Assembly: GCA_022822085.1 (NCBI GenBank)
Contig: JAJECK010000015.1
Span: 25,782-89,781 of the forward strand
DNA: 64,000 bases
DNA from: Candidatus Poribacteria bacterium
Lineage (GTDB): Bacteria; Poribacteria; WGA-4E; WGA-3G
Direction: 5' to 3'
In this document: in pieces, positions 10,396-21,078 of the stretch
Numbering within the stretch: position 1 is the first letter of the stretch
How the letters are laid out: each line of letters begins with the position of its first letter
Notes under the pieces: model-generated
Databases searched by the model: none
Told to the model about the DNA's origin: nothing
The model's input: the letters and a program-made list of their open reading frames with translations, nothing else
Position numbers and translations under genes: made by a program

Positions 10396-11022
10396 ATGGT
10401 CAACAGAATTTTCATAATTTTTCTTTTATTTTGCATTATACCTGTTTTTCTCGGTTTCATAGGACGTTGGACACAACAGATGAAAATCGGTTATGAAGCC
10501 TATGGTTATCAAGATTATGAGGCAGCTATATTGGTATTTCAAGAAGCTTCATTACAAAAGCCTCACAATCCAATTGCTCATTATAATCTGGGTACAGCAT
10601 ACTACAAACAAGGTAAATTCATGCAAGCTGCTTATGCATTTCAAACAACATTATTAAAAGCGAATGTTTATAATAAAGCTGCTGTCTATTACAACTTAGG
10701 TAATGCTCAGTTTAAGATGCATGACCTATCAGCTGCAGTTGAATCCTATAAGTCAGCATTGCGATTGAATCCAAATGATGTTGATGCTAAACATAATCTA
10801 AACTTGGCACTTGAACTATTAGCTGCAGAACAACAAAACATCACTCCACAACTAAAGAATAACATGCCAAAGCAAGATACTACTAAGCATGAACCTAAAG
10901 ATTTATCAAAATCCGAGACAAATAAACTCCTTGAACTTCTGAGTATGAATGAAAGTAGACGACGAAAAAAGATTCTCAAACAACAACTCAATACTGGAAT
11001 CAGGCGTGATAAAGATTGGTAA
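10396..11022 (+). CDS. TPR-repeat membrane-anchored protein (BatC-like)
   Basis: It has an N-terminal transmembrane segment and TPR motifs (YNLGTAYYKQGKFMQAAYAFQ; YYNLGNAQFKMHDLSAAVESYKSALRLNPND). The C-terminus is a basic coiled coil. Confidence 0.5.
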   Translation: MVNRIFIIFLLFCIIPVFLGFIGRWTQQMKIGYEAYGYQDYEAAILVFQEASLQKPHNPIAHYNLGTAYYKQGKFMQAAYAFQTTLLKANVYNKAAVYYNLGNAQFKMHDLSAAVESYKSALRLNPNDVDAKHNLNLALELLAAEQQNITPQLKNNMPKQDTTKHEPKDLSKSETNKLLELLSMNESRRRKKILKQQLNTGIRRDKDW

Positions 11023-12649
11023 TTTTCACTTCAAGCTGAGTACCTCGTTATTAGGATTTATTACTTTATGTATCTTTTTGATACTTTCACCCACCGTAAT
11101 TGAAAGTAAAGATATAGAAGTCACAGCCGTTGTCTCACCTCGACACATACAATATAACGAGAAAGCAACTATGGAACTCACCATTTCAGGTAAAACACAG
11201 ATAAAACATATCGGTGCACCACAATTCAATTTTTTTCCAAACTTCCTCACTGCCCCACTCGAATCTAAAACAATCCCAAGATTAATTGATGACAAAGTTG
11301 CTGTTTCAATGGTTTGGATCTATGAACTTATACCGCAGAAGATCGGAGAGATGGTTTTACCAGATATCAGTTTCTCTTATCAAGGTATTCCATATTTTGC
11401 TAATCCTGGAAAAATAATTGTAGGTGCAGCTGATACATATCAAAACATCCCAACTGGAGGATTACATAAAGTCGTAGCAAAAGTTGATAAGCATCAGCCC
11501 TACCATAATGAGAAAATTGAGTATAGGTTTCGTTACCTTTATACAACTGTTTTACCTACACCAAAACCTCCGACACCGATACTTCCAAACTTTTCTGGAT
11601 TTGTTGTTGAACGATTCCTAAATCAAAATAATACTACAACAATATTAGATGGCAAGAAATACCATGTGAAAGAAACTGTAGTACATTTGTATCCAAAAAA
11701 ATCTGGTCAAATCCTAATTCAACCTGCTGAGTTAATATTACATTTAGCAGGAAAACCTAAAACATTAAAAACAAGACCAATACCAATAACTGTACAACCA
11801 TTACCTGAACTCGGTAGACCAATAAATTTTAGTGGGGCAGTAGGAGAATATAAAATAACAGCACATGTTGACCGGAAAAGACTTAAAGTCCGAGATGGAC
11901 TGACACTTTCACTTCAAATAAATGGTACTGGAAACAACAATAATCTAATTCCTCCTAATTTGTCAATCAAGAACTTCCGAGTTGATTCGCCAAAACTTGT
12001 CCATGAGGATATTGAATCAAACACACTGTTTTCTTATGTTGTAATACCCTTAAAATCAGGAATATTACAGATACCCGCTATTGAACTTTCATTTTACAAT
12101 CCAACTATAAGGTCATATCAGACAACAAAAACAAACCCTATTCCAATTACAGTAATTCCCACAACACCAACTGCAGATGATGATGATTCCAATTTTCCTT
12201 ACTGGATTTTGTGGTTGGTGTTATTACTCTTGGCAATTGTTCTTGTTTTCATTGGATTTCTATTGTATCGATCAAAATGGCAATCAAACAGTGTTACATC
12301 ATCTTCAGGTGACCTGTCTAATTCCAATGTAGCAGAACACGTCACAATTGATGCATTAGATAATGTTGCTATTGATACGGATTCTGCTTCCTTTGGAGCG
12401 GGACTAATACGAATTCTACATCAAAATCTATGTAAAAAGATAGACGAACCTTATAGGCAACTGACTAATGCAGAAGTTCAAGAAATTTGTCATCAAGTAG
12501 GTGTTCCTATCACTATAGTGCAGGAAACTACTGACATCATCACAAAATGTGAACATCATCGGTTTGCCCCTATACCACTGTCTGTTGAAGAACGCGAAAC
12601 ATTAATTTCTCGCACAAAGGTAGTTATACAACATATTGAATCAACTTGA
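10949..12649 (+). CDS. BatD-like protein: large secreted protein with a C-terminal transmembrane anchor
   Basis: It has an N-terminal signal/TM and a long extracytoplasmic region. A single transmembrane helix (FPYWILWLVLLLLAIVLVFIGFLLY) sits near the C-terminus. This architecture and its position after a TPR protein resemble the Bat aerotolerance cluster. The start is uncertain because the tracker start overlaps the upstream gene by 74 nt. Confidence 0.35.
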   Translation: MKVDDEKRFSNNNSILESGVIKIGNFHFKLSTSLLGFITLCIFLILSPTVIESKDIEVTAVVSPRHIQYNEKATMELTISGKTQIKHIGAPQFNFFPNFLTAPLESKTIPRLIDDKVAVSMVWIYELIPQKIGEMVLPDISFSYQGIPYFANPGKIIVGAADTYQNIPTGGLHKVVAKVDKHQPYHNEKIEYRFRYLYTTVLPTPKPPTPILPNFSGFVVERFLNQNNTTTILDGKKYHVKETVVHLYPKKSGQILIQPAELILHLAGKPKTLKTRPIPITVQPLPELGRPINFSGAVGEYKITAHVDRKRLKVRDGLTLSLQINGTGNNNNLIPPNLSIKNFRVDSPKLVHEDIESNTLFSYVVIPLKSGILQIPAIELSFYNPTIRSYQTTKTNPIPITVIPTTPTADDDDSNFPYWILWLVLLLLAIVLVFIGFLLYRSKWQSNSVTSSSGDLSNSNVAEHVTIDALDNVAIDTDSASFGAGLIRILHQNLCKKIDEPYRQLTNAEVQEICHQVGVPITIVQETTDIITKCEHHRFAPIPLSVEERETLISRTKVVIQHIEST

Positions 12650-12707
12650 TAATTATTTTATGAGGTAATCCAAATTTATTAGTACATATCAACAAGGACA
12701 TCATAAT

Positions 12708-13223
12708 ATGCCAGATATATTAAATCTTTTACTTCGATGGATACACGTCATTGCGGCAGTTGTTTGGATCGGTGGAAACTTGATATTAGCAACGGTAATT
12801 GTTCCGTATTTTCGTCAAAACTTACCACCTGTCCAACGGATTAAACTCCTTACACAGATTGGAAAACGTTTTGAACCGATTGTATGGGGCTGTGTCGGGA
12901 TATTATTTTTTACTGGATTGATCAATGTAGTCAATGCAATTGGTTTTTCCGCAACTGCAGAATCAGCAATTAGTACAACTTTTATGAGAACATTATTTGT
13001 CAAATTGATATTATTTGTTATACTTGTAGTTCTTACAACACTACACAGTTTTGTGTTTGGACCAAAATTAGCGACAGCAATTGAAACATTGGACGAATCA
13101 TTAGAGGAATTGCCAGACGAAGTCAAACCAATCCGAAAACAAATGTCTATTGTGTCGAGTCTAATGGGTGTTGTTTCCGTACTAATATTACTTGCAGCCG
13201 TTGCATTAGGTATGGGTATTTAA
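12708..13223 (+). CDS. Hypothetical integral membrane protein (4 transmembrane segments)
   Basis: It has four hydrophobic helices. No motif was recognised. Confidence 0.45.
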   Translation: MPDILNLLLRWIHVIAAVVWIGGNLILATVIVPYFRQNLPPVQRIKLLTQIGKRFEPIVWGCVGILFFTGLINVVNAIGFSATAESAISTTFMRTLFVKLILFVILVVLTTLHSFVFGPKLATAIETLDESLEELPDEVKPIRKQMSIVSSLMGVVSVLILLAAVALGMGI

Positions 13224-13338
13224 CGAACAATTACTTGATATATCTGTCAAACATGATATAATATATTTATCAATAAATTTAATATACATATCGTTTTAAT
13301 TACGATCTAAAAACAAACACGATATATAGGAGAAATTA

Positions 13339-14025
13339 ATGTATTTTCGATTGAGTTTTTTGCCGTTATTTTTCTGTACAATATTATTCGTTGCCGGTTG
13401 TCATATTCTAATAACAGAACAGGAATGGAGCGACAACTATGCTTTATTGGAAGGCACACTTTCAACAAATCCTGAAATGATTGATGGTGATATTAAAACT
13501 GTTGGTGAAACAAGATCCTCCACAGGTCCGGGAAGACTTTACGGTTCAAGTAATGCAACAGAAGTTATTGTGACTTTACCAGAAAAGAAACTCATACGTA
13601 GGATAGTTATCCATTCTGATAATATCAATAAATTTGCCATATATGCTGATAGAGGAGGCACTTTACATTCAGACACGGATTGGCAATTGGTTAAGGAAGT
13701 TAAAATGGTGAAATCTTTACCAGTAGTTGTCCCGTATATGGATACAATACCAACTGCACGGTTTCGAATTGTTGTCTTAGACACAAAGGACGATGCTACA
13801 CTGGCACGACAAGCAAAAGCAGACTTGATCACTGAAATGGATAGATTTGATAGAGAACAGGAAAATTACAGATATAGCGATCGAGGAACTCGATTTCGTA
13901 CACGCTATCCAGCAAGAATTAGCGAAATTGAGTTTTATGGATATAAATCTGCAGAAGAAACAGCAACAATAAAATCAGATCCGAAACCAAAACATGAAAC
14001 TGAACTTGATCTGATTTTGCAGTAG
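13339..14025 (+). CDS. Hypothetical lipoprotein
   Basis: It has a lipoprotein signal peptide (LFFCTILFVAGC). An RBS (aggaga) lies upstream. Confidence 0.45.
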   Translation: MYFRLSFLPLFFCTILFVAGCHILITEQEWSDNYALLEGTLSTNPEMIDGDIKTVGETRSSTGPGRLYGSSNATEVIVTLPEKKLIRRIVIHSDNINKFAIYADRGGTLHSDTDWQLVKEVKMVKSLPVVVPYMDTIPTARFRIVVLDTKDDATLARQAKADLITEMDRFDREQENYRYSDRGTRFRTRYPARISEIEFYGYKSAEETATIKSDPKPKHETELDLILQ

Positions 14026-14193
14026 AATTTACATTCATAGTATACTCCATATTCAATATCTTGTTGAACAAAGAATGGTGTGGTCTAATACCACACCATT
14101 TTACTATTAATCACGACTTGTGCTAAATAACCGTATGTAAAATATCATTTCACATAAGCAGGATTTTTGTCCGTGTTTTCATTTGTCCATAGG

Positions 14194-14690
14194 TTCTTTA
14201 GTCCCGTAGGGACGATATGTTTATAGTAGCACGTGCTATCCCTATGCTCTTAGTCCTGTCCGAAAATTAAAAAATAATTTAGGTCCTGTGGCGAGGTTAG
14301 GAAGAAATCAACGGGACCAATGCCATTTAGGCATTCCCCGCCTCGCCAGCAGGAGTACAACTGCCCTCACCCAGAAGGAAAAGATCATAAGTTAATCTTC
14401 ATCCAGTTTGCGCTCTTTGACGCACAAACTGGAAGTTTATGCTACAGACACACAAGGTTCCCCTCCTTCTGCTGGCGTGGTTTCCTAACCTCGCCACAGG
14501 ACCCGATTAAATTCTTAATCTTCATTAGAGACTATGTTTATAGCAAAACGTTGAACACAAGTTCTTTAGTCCCGTAGGGACGATATCTGTGTGCCAATGA
14601 AATAATTTTAATTAACATATCGTCCCTACGGGACTAAAGAGGTTTGAGTGACGTTTTTCTATAAACATATCGTCCCTACGGGACTGAAGA
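14194..14690. repeat. Cluster of four copies of a 30-bp interspersed repeat (CTTTAGTCCCGTmGGGACGATATGTTTATAG), including an inverted pair
   Basis: Copies lie at 14194-14226 and 14561-14590 in direct orientation, and at 14613-14640 and 14658-14690 in reverse complement. The same ~30-mer recurs at 29817, 33441, 44166/44213, 56316, 56606 and 62603/62651. The region also holds a copy of the tggcgaggttagga..cctcgcca palindrome (14290-14350, 14455-14500). Confidence 0.75.
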
Positions 14691-14827
14691 AGGACACTCA
14701 AAATCAAAATTCCTTAAGTTGACACCCGCTGAATGCCAAAAAGGCATTCATAGCGTTGATTTACGGGTTTCGTTCCTCAACCCAACGGACAAATTTGTTT
14801 TGTACAAAAACTTACATACCCCCATTT

Positions 14828-14868
14828 TCAAACACTCTTGACATTATCAGATGATTTTGGTATCATAT
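14828..14868 (+). promoter_or_regulatory. Sigma70-like promoter for the 14905 gene
   Basis: TTGACA-17 nt-TATCAT (cttgacattatcagatgattttggtatcat) lies about 40 nt upstream of an RBS (aggtaagg). Confidence 0.4.
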
Positions 14869-14904
14869 CTATAAACCTATCAACTGAATATAGGTAAGGA
14901 TTTT

Positions 14905-16839
14905 ATGTATTATTCATACCACAGAAGAACCACTGTTTACATCATAGGATTGGTCTTCCTTTTTATAACATTCGCACATTCAGAACAGTACGTTACCGTT
15001 GATCGTTCAAATGGTGATAGACTCACAGGACGTTGGATAAAAGCAACAGATACACATTTTGAAATTGAATATAATGGACAGATGTTAAAGTTTCCATTAG
15101 AAGGTAATACGCTTAGTTTTTTTACAAATCTTGAAAATATACCTGATAAACTGGCAACGAAGTATTTTAGGAATGGACTTGATCTGTTAGATATAGAACT
15201 CCCTGACTCAGCAAAGAGTGCATTTGAATTAGCAATACAAGAATCACCCAAATATGCAGATGCACATTATCAACTCGGTTTAATAAATAACAAAGAAGGA
15301 CACATACAAAAAGCATTAACCCATTTTAAATCTGTACTACTGGTAGATGCACAGAAATATGACCTTGTACCTCTACTTGAGGAAATTGCAGAAAATGCAA
15401 TTGTCGCAAAAGATTATACACAAGCAGTCAATGCCAACCAACTCATCATCAGACACTATCCAGAACACCAATCAATTGCAAAGATAAGTTATCAAACAGG
15501 ATTCCTACTTGTAGAAGAATTAGACGATCCTGCAGCTGCACTTGACCTACTTGTTAATACTGTTAATACATCACAACTTTCAGATTCACCTGAATTTGAA
15601 AAGGCTGTATACCTAATCGGTGTATTACAAGCAGATTCTGGTGATCTTGAAACTGCACTTCATACCTTACAACAATTCGTCCGTATTTATCAGGATAGTG
15701 TCTGGGTGAACAGCGCGCTATTAAAACAAGCAACAATCTATCTTAAACTTGAAAATAGGAAAAACGCTGTAAATATTGCCAACTTACTCCTACGACAGAA
15801 TCCAGATGATGCTTCATTGGTCGAACAAGCTAAAGATATAATTAGTGGAAGTGCCTGGACTATCTATACAAAAGATCTTCCTGATCCGAGTATTCAAGCA
15901 ATCGCAGTTGATGGAACTTCTTTATGGGTTGGGACACCGAAAGGAATAGCACAATTTGAAACAGGTGGAAAGGGTGGATGGAAAGTTGTTGAAGGTGTCG
16001 CTTGGATGATCAACACACATGTCACTGTTCCGGATGTCAGAGCAATTGCAGTTAACCCGTCTGGTGTTTGGGTGGGAACCAGAAACCAAGGTGTCGTCCG
16101 ATATAATAAAATTACAAACAAAGTTGAGAGTTATCCTATTGCCGGTGCTCCGAAGTGGATCAGAGATATAGAAATGGATACTGAAGAGATTTGGTTCGCT
16201 TCAGATAAAGGTATTGTACGGCAGATAATAGAAACAGGTGAACAATTCCCATACTATGGTATTGATTCAGTTCCCGATGATATTCATTCAATGGCACTTA
16301 CACCTGATACAGTATGGGTGGGCACATCTGGTGATGACATTGCTGCGTTCAATCGTGAAGAACAACTATGGAATCCACAATATTATATTGACATCACAGA
16401 GGAATCTCAGATTGTTAGGTTTGATGTAATTGAAGGAAAAATGTTGTTTTCATGGTATAACGAAGTAGATAGAACTAATGGGATTTTTTATGTCAATTGG
16501 GATGGAACAGACAATCGCTCGTCCCCAATATATGAGGGTAAAGAATCAAATGATGAGTTAGTCAATATCTTTGTAACAGGTTATGTTGACAAAAGTCTCT
16601 TAGAAGTAGATGACGTAGAACCACTGGACTATCAAGTTTTATGGATTGCTGACAATAGATATGTATATATATACAACCCGTCTAATGATGAATATCCAGG
16701 TGTCATAGGATATCCTAATATAATTCTGGAAGATTTATCAGTACAATGCATTATAGTTGATAAGAATCGGGCATGGATAGGTACAACTAAAGGTATGCTG
16801 ATGATTGAAAAAGATAGGGTTTTACAACTCAGTGAATAA
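14905..16839 (+). CDS. Secreted TPR + beta-propeller (two-component-regulator-propeller / Reg_prop-like) protein
   Basis: It has a signal/TM. N-terminal TPR repeats are present (AKSAFELAIQESPKYADAHYQLG...). The C-terminal half has repeated IxAIAVD..S.WVGT..GI..F units typical of Reg_prop/Y_Y_Y beta-propellers. Confidence 0.5.
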   Translation: MYYSYHRRTTVYIIGLVFLFITFAHSEQYVTVDRSNGDRLTGRWIKATDTHFEIEYNGQMLKFPLEGNTLSFFTNLENIPDKLATKYFRNGLDLLDIELPDSAKSAFELAIQESPKYADAHYQLGLINNKEGHIQKALTHFKSVLLVDAQKYDLVPLLEEIAENAIVAKDYTQAVNANQLIIRHYPEHQSIAKISYQTGFLLVEELDDPAAALDLLVNTVNTSQLSDSPEFEKAVYLIGVLQADSGDLETALHTLQQFVRIYQDSVWVNSALLKQATIYLKLENRKNAVNIANLLLRQNPDDASLVEQAKDIISGSAWTIYTKDLPDPSIQAIAVDGTSLWVGTPKGIAQFETGGKGGWKVVEGVAWMINTHVTVPDVRAIAVNPSGVWVGTRNQGVVRYNKITNKVESYPIAGAPKWIRDIEMDTEEIWFASDKGIVRQIIETGEQFPYYGIDSVPDDIHSMALTPDTVWVGTSGDDIAAFNREEQLWNPQYYIDITEESQIVRFDVIEGKMLFSWYNEVDRTNGIFYVNWDGTDNRSSPIYEGKESNDELVNIFVTGYVDKSLLEVDDVEPLDYQVLWIADNRYVYIYNPSNDEYPGVIGYPNIILEDLSVQCIIVDKNRAWIGTTKGMLMIEKDRVLQLSE

Positions 16840-16866
16840 CAGTTTAAGCAATTATCCGATTGAATC

Positions 16867-17712
16867 ATGCAACAAACAAGTACGAAACAGGTCGTCCGTT
16901 GGAATCTGTCTGAAACAACACAGATAGAAGATGAATTGGTTATTGAAGAACCGCTTGAAATTCGGGTAGGACAGCAGAGTCTTATTGTAGTCATGCGGAC
17001 ACCTGGGCATGATTTTGAACTCGCTGCTGGATTTCTATTTACAGAAAACCTAATTCAATCAGAAGACGACATTGAAATCATTGCCTATTGTGAAGATGAC
17101 AACACAGAATCAGATACTGATAATCTATACACTGGCAGGTCATCATTTCAGAACATTTTAAATGTTCATCTAAAGGATAAGTTGGTACTTGAAGAGGCAG
17201 GATGGCAACGAAATTTCCATGCAAATGCAAGCTGCGGACTCTGTGGGAAAATGACGATTGATTCGGTTAAACATCAAGTAGACCCGTTAGAGCTCGGTGG
17301 ACGATTAAATCATAATGTGTTATATCAACTGAATAATCAACTTAGGGCAGCACAAACTGTCTTTGATAAAACAGGTGGATTACACGCAGCAGGACTTTTC
17401 AATGAGATGGGTGAACCCCTAATTATCAGAGAGGATATCGGTAGACACAATGCAGTTGATAAAGTTATTGGACAAGCATTACTATCAGATATGATTCCGT
17501 TAGATAATCACATTCTGATGGTAAGCGGTCGTGCAAGTTTTGAGATAGTTCAGAAAGCACTTTTTGCCCGTATTCCTATTGTTGTCGCAGTATCCGCAGC
17601 TTCTACACTTGCAGTTGATTTAGCTGAAGAAGGAAACATTACTTTAATAGGTTTTATGCGAGATAAACGCATGGCAGTTTACTGCCATCCTAAGCGAATA
17701 CATAACGAATAG
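16867..17712 (+). CDS. fdhD: Formate dehydrogenase accessory sulfurtransferase FdhD
   Basis: Conserved FdhD motifs are present: ASCGLCGK (active-site Cys), TGGLHAAGLF and VSGRASFEIVQKA. Its length of 281 aa is typical. Confidence 0.8.
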   Translation: MQQTSTKQVVRWNLSETTQIEDELVIEEPLEIRVGQQSLIVVMRTPGHDFELAAGFLFTENLIQSEDDIEIIAYCEDDNTESDTDNLYTGRSSFQNILNVHLKDKLVLEEAGWQRNFHANASCGLCGKMTIDSVKHQVDPLELGGRLNHNVLYQLNNQLRAAQTVFDKTGGLHAAGLFNEMGEPLIIREDIGRHNAVDKVIGQALLSDMIPLDNHILMVSGRASFEIVQKALFARIPIVVAVSAASTLAVDLAEEGNITLIGFMRDKRMAVYCHPKRIHNE

Positions 17713-17838
17713 ACACAAATCTATTAGTACCACCAAGAAATGCTATCTTTTACAGTCCTAGCGTCTCTATATAAGCAAACACAATAAAAAGAGTCTGCGT
17801 TATGAAATACGGAGATTCTGAATATATAGGAGTAACTT

Positions 17839-18126
17839 ATGTTAAATTTCATTTTTGAGAGCATACAAGGAACAGTAAATTTACTTTTTTTTGTTGTCGT
17901 AGTTGGTACAGTTGTTGTTTCATTCGTATACGCTGATAGATTACGAAAACGTCATAGTGCCGATTTTCCTTGGAATAAGGCATTAGCAATAATCGCAATT
18001 GAAGTCGGTTTATGGATAGCATTTAACATATTTTTTGAGATTTTCCAAGCATATTGGGTGTGGATTACAATCGGTACAATAATTGTACTGTATATTATCT
18101 CAAAGAAGAAACGAAGATACAGTTGA
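17839..18126 (+). CDS. Small hypothetical membrane protein (2-3 transmembrane segments)
   Basis: It is hydrophobic. An RBS (ggagtaactt) lies upstream. No motif was recognised. Confidence 0.35.
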   Translation: MLNFIFESIQGTVNLLFFVVVVGTVVVSFVYADRLRKRHSADFPWNKALAIIAIEVGLWIAFNIFFEIFQAYWVWITIGTIIVLYIISKKKRRYS

Positions 18127-18190
18127 TAGAATAGTATGTGAGGTTACAGTCGTTTCGGTAACTTCCCTCACAGTCACATAGGAGAAAACA

Positions 18191-19243
18191 ATGCCGCGAA
18201 CAGGTAGAGCAGTTGTTGCTTATGGAAAGGATTTTGAGATACGTGAATATCCTGTTCCTGACCCCGAACCCAATACGGTCCTACTCCGACAGGAACTTGC
18301 AGGTATATGCGGAACAGACCTTCATAATTGGCAAAATGGTTTTCAAACCGAGATTCTATTAGGACATGAAAACGTTGGAATAGTAGAAGCAATAGGTCCT
18401 GGTGTGAAAACTGATTATGTCGGTAACCCTATCAAAGAGGGAGATAGGGTTATCTTTGCCCCCGGCACTGACTATGGCGGGTACGGATTTCAATGGAATC
18501 CAGATGAAGCACCTCATTTTCGTGGCGGATTTGCTGATTACATGTATCTCTCCTATCCAAATACCTGTTTTATGAGAACTGATATTTCACCAGAGGTAGC
18601 AGTTCTTACAGAACCTTTCACAGTCGGTGTCCACGCAGTTATGCGAGGCAAAATCAAATTTGGTGATACTGTGGTTGTACAGGGTTCTGGAGCAATCGGC
18701 TTGGTAACACTTGCGTGTGCAAAGATGAGCGGTGCAGGTAAAATAATCATGGTAGGTGGGCCCGCAGGACGGTTGGAACTCGCGAAACGGTTTGGAGCAG
18801 ATGTTACGATTGACATTGAGGAAGTTACCACTGCCGAAGAACGGACCGAACTCGTCCAAGCTGAAACACCACGAAATGAAGGTGCAGATGTAGTCTTTGA
18901 ATGTGCAGGGTTTCTCCCTGCCACTCCAGAGGGGTTAGGGTATACAAGACGGAGTGGAACATTTGTAGAAGTTGGGCACTTTGTGGATATGGGTTCAATT
19001 GACTTCAACATCAATCAACTGCTGATGCGAAAAAATCTTCGACTTGAAGCAATATGGGGTAGCCAATACGAGCACTTTATCCGAGGGCTACCCCTGCTTG
19101 AAAAAAGTGATCTACCATTCGCTGATATGATCAGTCATCAGTTACCTCTATCTCAAGTAGAAGATGGATTTAAGGCACTTGATGGCGGATACAGAATTAA
19201 TGGAGAAACTGCAATTAAGATTGCAATTCGTGCACAAGAATAA
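18191..19243 (+). CDS. Zinc-dependent alcohol/polyol dehydrogenase (medium-chain dehydrogenase/reductase (MDR) family)
   Basis: It has the zinc-ligand motif GICGTDLH and a Rossmann motif (VVQGSGAIGL). The length is 350 aa and the RBS is ggagaaaac. Confidence 0.75.
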   Translation: MPRTGRAVVAYGKDFEIREYPVPDPEPNTVLLRQELAGICGTDLHNWQNGFQTEILLGHENVGIVEAIGPGVKTDYVGNPIKEGDRVIFAPGTDYGGYGFQWNPDEAPHFRGGFADYMYLSYPNTCFMRTDISPEVAVLTEPFTVGVHAVMRGKIKFGDTVVVQGSGAIGLVTLACAKMSGAGKIIMVGGPAGRLELAKRFGADVTIDIEEVTTAEERTELVQAETPRNEGADVVFECAGFLPATPEGLGYTRRSGTFVEVGHFVDMGSIDFNINQLLMRKNLRLEAIWGSQYEHFIRGLPLLEKSDLPFADMISHQLPLSQVEDGFKALDGGYRINGETAIKIAIRAQE

Positions 19244-19276
19244 CTAACAGACTAATTTAGACAGGAGATACAGATT

Positions 19277-20296
19277 ATGTCAAAAACCTATCGCGTTGGC
19301 TTTGCTTCGTTAGTCCACGATCATGTTTGGGGTGAACTCAACCGTTGGAAAGCACATCCTCAAGTTGAGATCGTTGCTGCGGGAGATGTCAACGCGGAAT
19401 TGCGCGACCAATTCATATCGGAGACAGATGTTGAAAACGTATACGATTCATGGCAAGAGATGATAGATAAAGAGGAATTAGATTTCGTTCAAGCTTGTGC
19501 TGAGAATAATGCAGGACCAGAGATCGTTGATGCTGCAGCGGCGAAAGGAATTCACGTCGTATCTGAAAAACCGATGGCAGCAAGACTGGCACAAGCCGAT
19601 CAGATGCTGAAATCTGCTGACGATGCAAACATATTACTAATGATCAATTGGCCTACTGCTTGGAGTCCTGCCTTAAATACAGCAATGCAACTTATCAAAG
19701 ATGGCGCGATCGGTGATGTTTTCTATTTCAAATGGCGTTCTGCACATAACGGTCCAATGGAAATTGGTTGTTCCAAGTACTTCTATGAATGGTTATATGA
19801 CGAGGAGAAAAATGGTGCTGGAGCATTGATGGATTACTGTTGTTATTGTGCCGATATGTGTGCGTATCTGCTTGGAAAACCGGAACAAGTAACAGCCTTC
19901 CGTGGCACATTTGTCAAAGACTATCCTGTTCCTGACGACAACGCTGTCATATTGATGAAATACGGTAACGCTTTCGGTATCACTGAAGCATCTTGGACAC
20001 AAAAGACTGGTTATGTTACACCTAATCCTGTGGTCTACGGCACTGAAGGAGCGTTAACTGTAACTGGCAATCAAGTAAATCTGAATCCTGCCGATGGTGA
20101 TGTCCAAGTCATAGACTCTGACCCACTCCCAGAAGGCAAGCGGAACGCTCCAGAATACTTAATTCACTGCTTGGAAACAGGTGAACATATTGATGGGTTA
20201 TGTTGTCCATACATAAGCCGAGACGCACAAGAAATCTTGGAAGCAGGCTTAGTTTCTGCTGATAGTGGAAAAGCTATAAACTTACCAATGACATAA
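19277..20296 (+). CDS. Gfo/Idh/MocA-family NAD(P)-dependent oxidoreductase
   Basis: It has an N-terminal Rossmann fold and the family EKP motif (VVSEKPMAARLAQAD). Confidence 0.75.
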   Translation: MSKTYRVGFASLVHDHVWGELNRWKAHPQVEIVAAGDVNAELRDQFISETDVENVYDSWQEMIDKEELDFVQACAENNAGPEIVDAAAAKGIHVVSEKPMAARLAQADQMLKSADDANILLMINWPTAWSPALNTAMQLIKDGAIGDVFYFKWRSAHNGPMEIGCSKYFYEWLYDEEKNGAGALMDYCCYCADMCAYLLGKPEQVTAFRGTFVKDYPVPDDNAVILMKYGNAFGITEASWTQKTGYVTPNPVVYGTEGALTVTGNQVNLNPADGDVQVIDSDPLPEGKRNAPEYLIHCLETGEHIDGLCCPYISRDAQEILEAGLVSADSGKAINLPMT

Positions 20297-20317
20297 TGTA
20301 AAACAAGGAGAATCTAA

Positions 20318-21076
20318 TTGAGCGAAAGAATACCAATTGCATTACAATTATATTCTGTCAGAGATGACTGTGCAAAAGACCTATCACTCACCCTACAAGC
20401 AGTAGCACAGATGGGATATGAAGGCGTAGAATTTGCTGGATATTACGACAGAAGTGCAGAAGAATTACGTGGTATGTGTGATGACCTTGAACTAAAAATA
20501 GTGGGAACACATACTGGGTTGAACACACTTCTTGGGGATGAACTTGATAAAACTGTTGAGTTCAATAAAACACTCGGTAATCCATATCTAATTGTTCCAG
20601 GATTGGGAGGACAATATACCAATTCACAAGATGCTTGGAAAGAAACTGCTACAATTTTCAACGATATAGCAGAAAAAATCTCCGACCAAGGTCTGTCTAC
20701 TGGCTACCATAACCATGCAAGTGAGTTCATGCCGTTGGAGGGAGAAATCCCTTGGGACACTTTTGCCAGCAATACCCGCGACGATGTCGTCCTACAGATC
20801 GATACGGGGCATGTCCTACGAGCAGGTCAAGACAACGTCCCATTCATTGAACGTTACCCCGGAAGATACAAGATCGTGCACATCAAAGAGTTCTCTGCAA
20901 CCAATGACAAAGCACTCATTGGTGAGGGTGACTTGGCATGGGAAGAATTATTCAACGCATTTGAAACGGTCGGGGGAACTGAATGGTATATCGTTGAGCA
21001 AGAAAGTTATCCGTACCCACCACTTGAATGTGCGAAACGTTGTCTTGATGCACTTAGAAAAATGGGAAAAATATAG
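20318..21076 (+). CDS. Sugar phosphate isomerase/epimerase (xylose-isomerase-like TIM barrel)
   Basis: The layout is typical of AP_endonuc_2/xylose-isomerase-like barrels (IALQLYSVRD...GYEGVEF...HNHASEF...IDTGH...EQESYP). It uses a TTG start. Confidence 0.6.
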   Translation: MSERIPIALQLYSVRDDCAKDLSLTLQAVAQMGYEGVEFAGYYDRSAEELRGMCDDLELKIVGTHTGLNTLLGDELDKTVEFNKTLGNPYLIVPGLGGQYTNSQDAWKETATIFNDIAEKISDQGLSTGYHNHASEFMPLEGEIPWDTFASNTRDDVVLQIDTGHVLRAGQDNVPFIERYPGRYKIVHIKEFSATNDKALIGEGDLAWEELFNAFETVGGTEWYIVEQESYPYPPLECAKRCLDALRKMGKI

Positions 21077-21078
21077 GT

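Noticed and set aside
14320-14577. Tracker ORF 14320..14577 (+), 85 aa
   Set aside because: It lies within the interspersed-repeat and palindrome cluster and has no RBS. The peptide is produced by the repeat sequence itself.
2694-20661. Assorted short ORFs nested antisense in well-supported genes (e.g. 2694..2909, 7084..7662, 9860..10060, 18553..19014, 19413..20002, 20443..20661, 35340..35571, 40570..40815, 42186..43069, 47596..48394, 53129..54121)
   Set aside because: They have no RBS or motifs, and each is wholly contained in a longer motif-bearing CDS on the other strand or frame.
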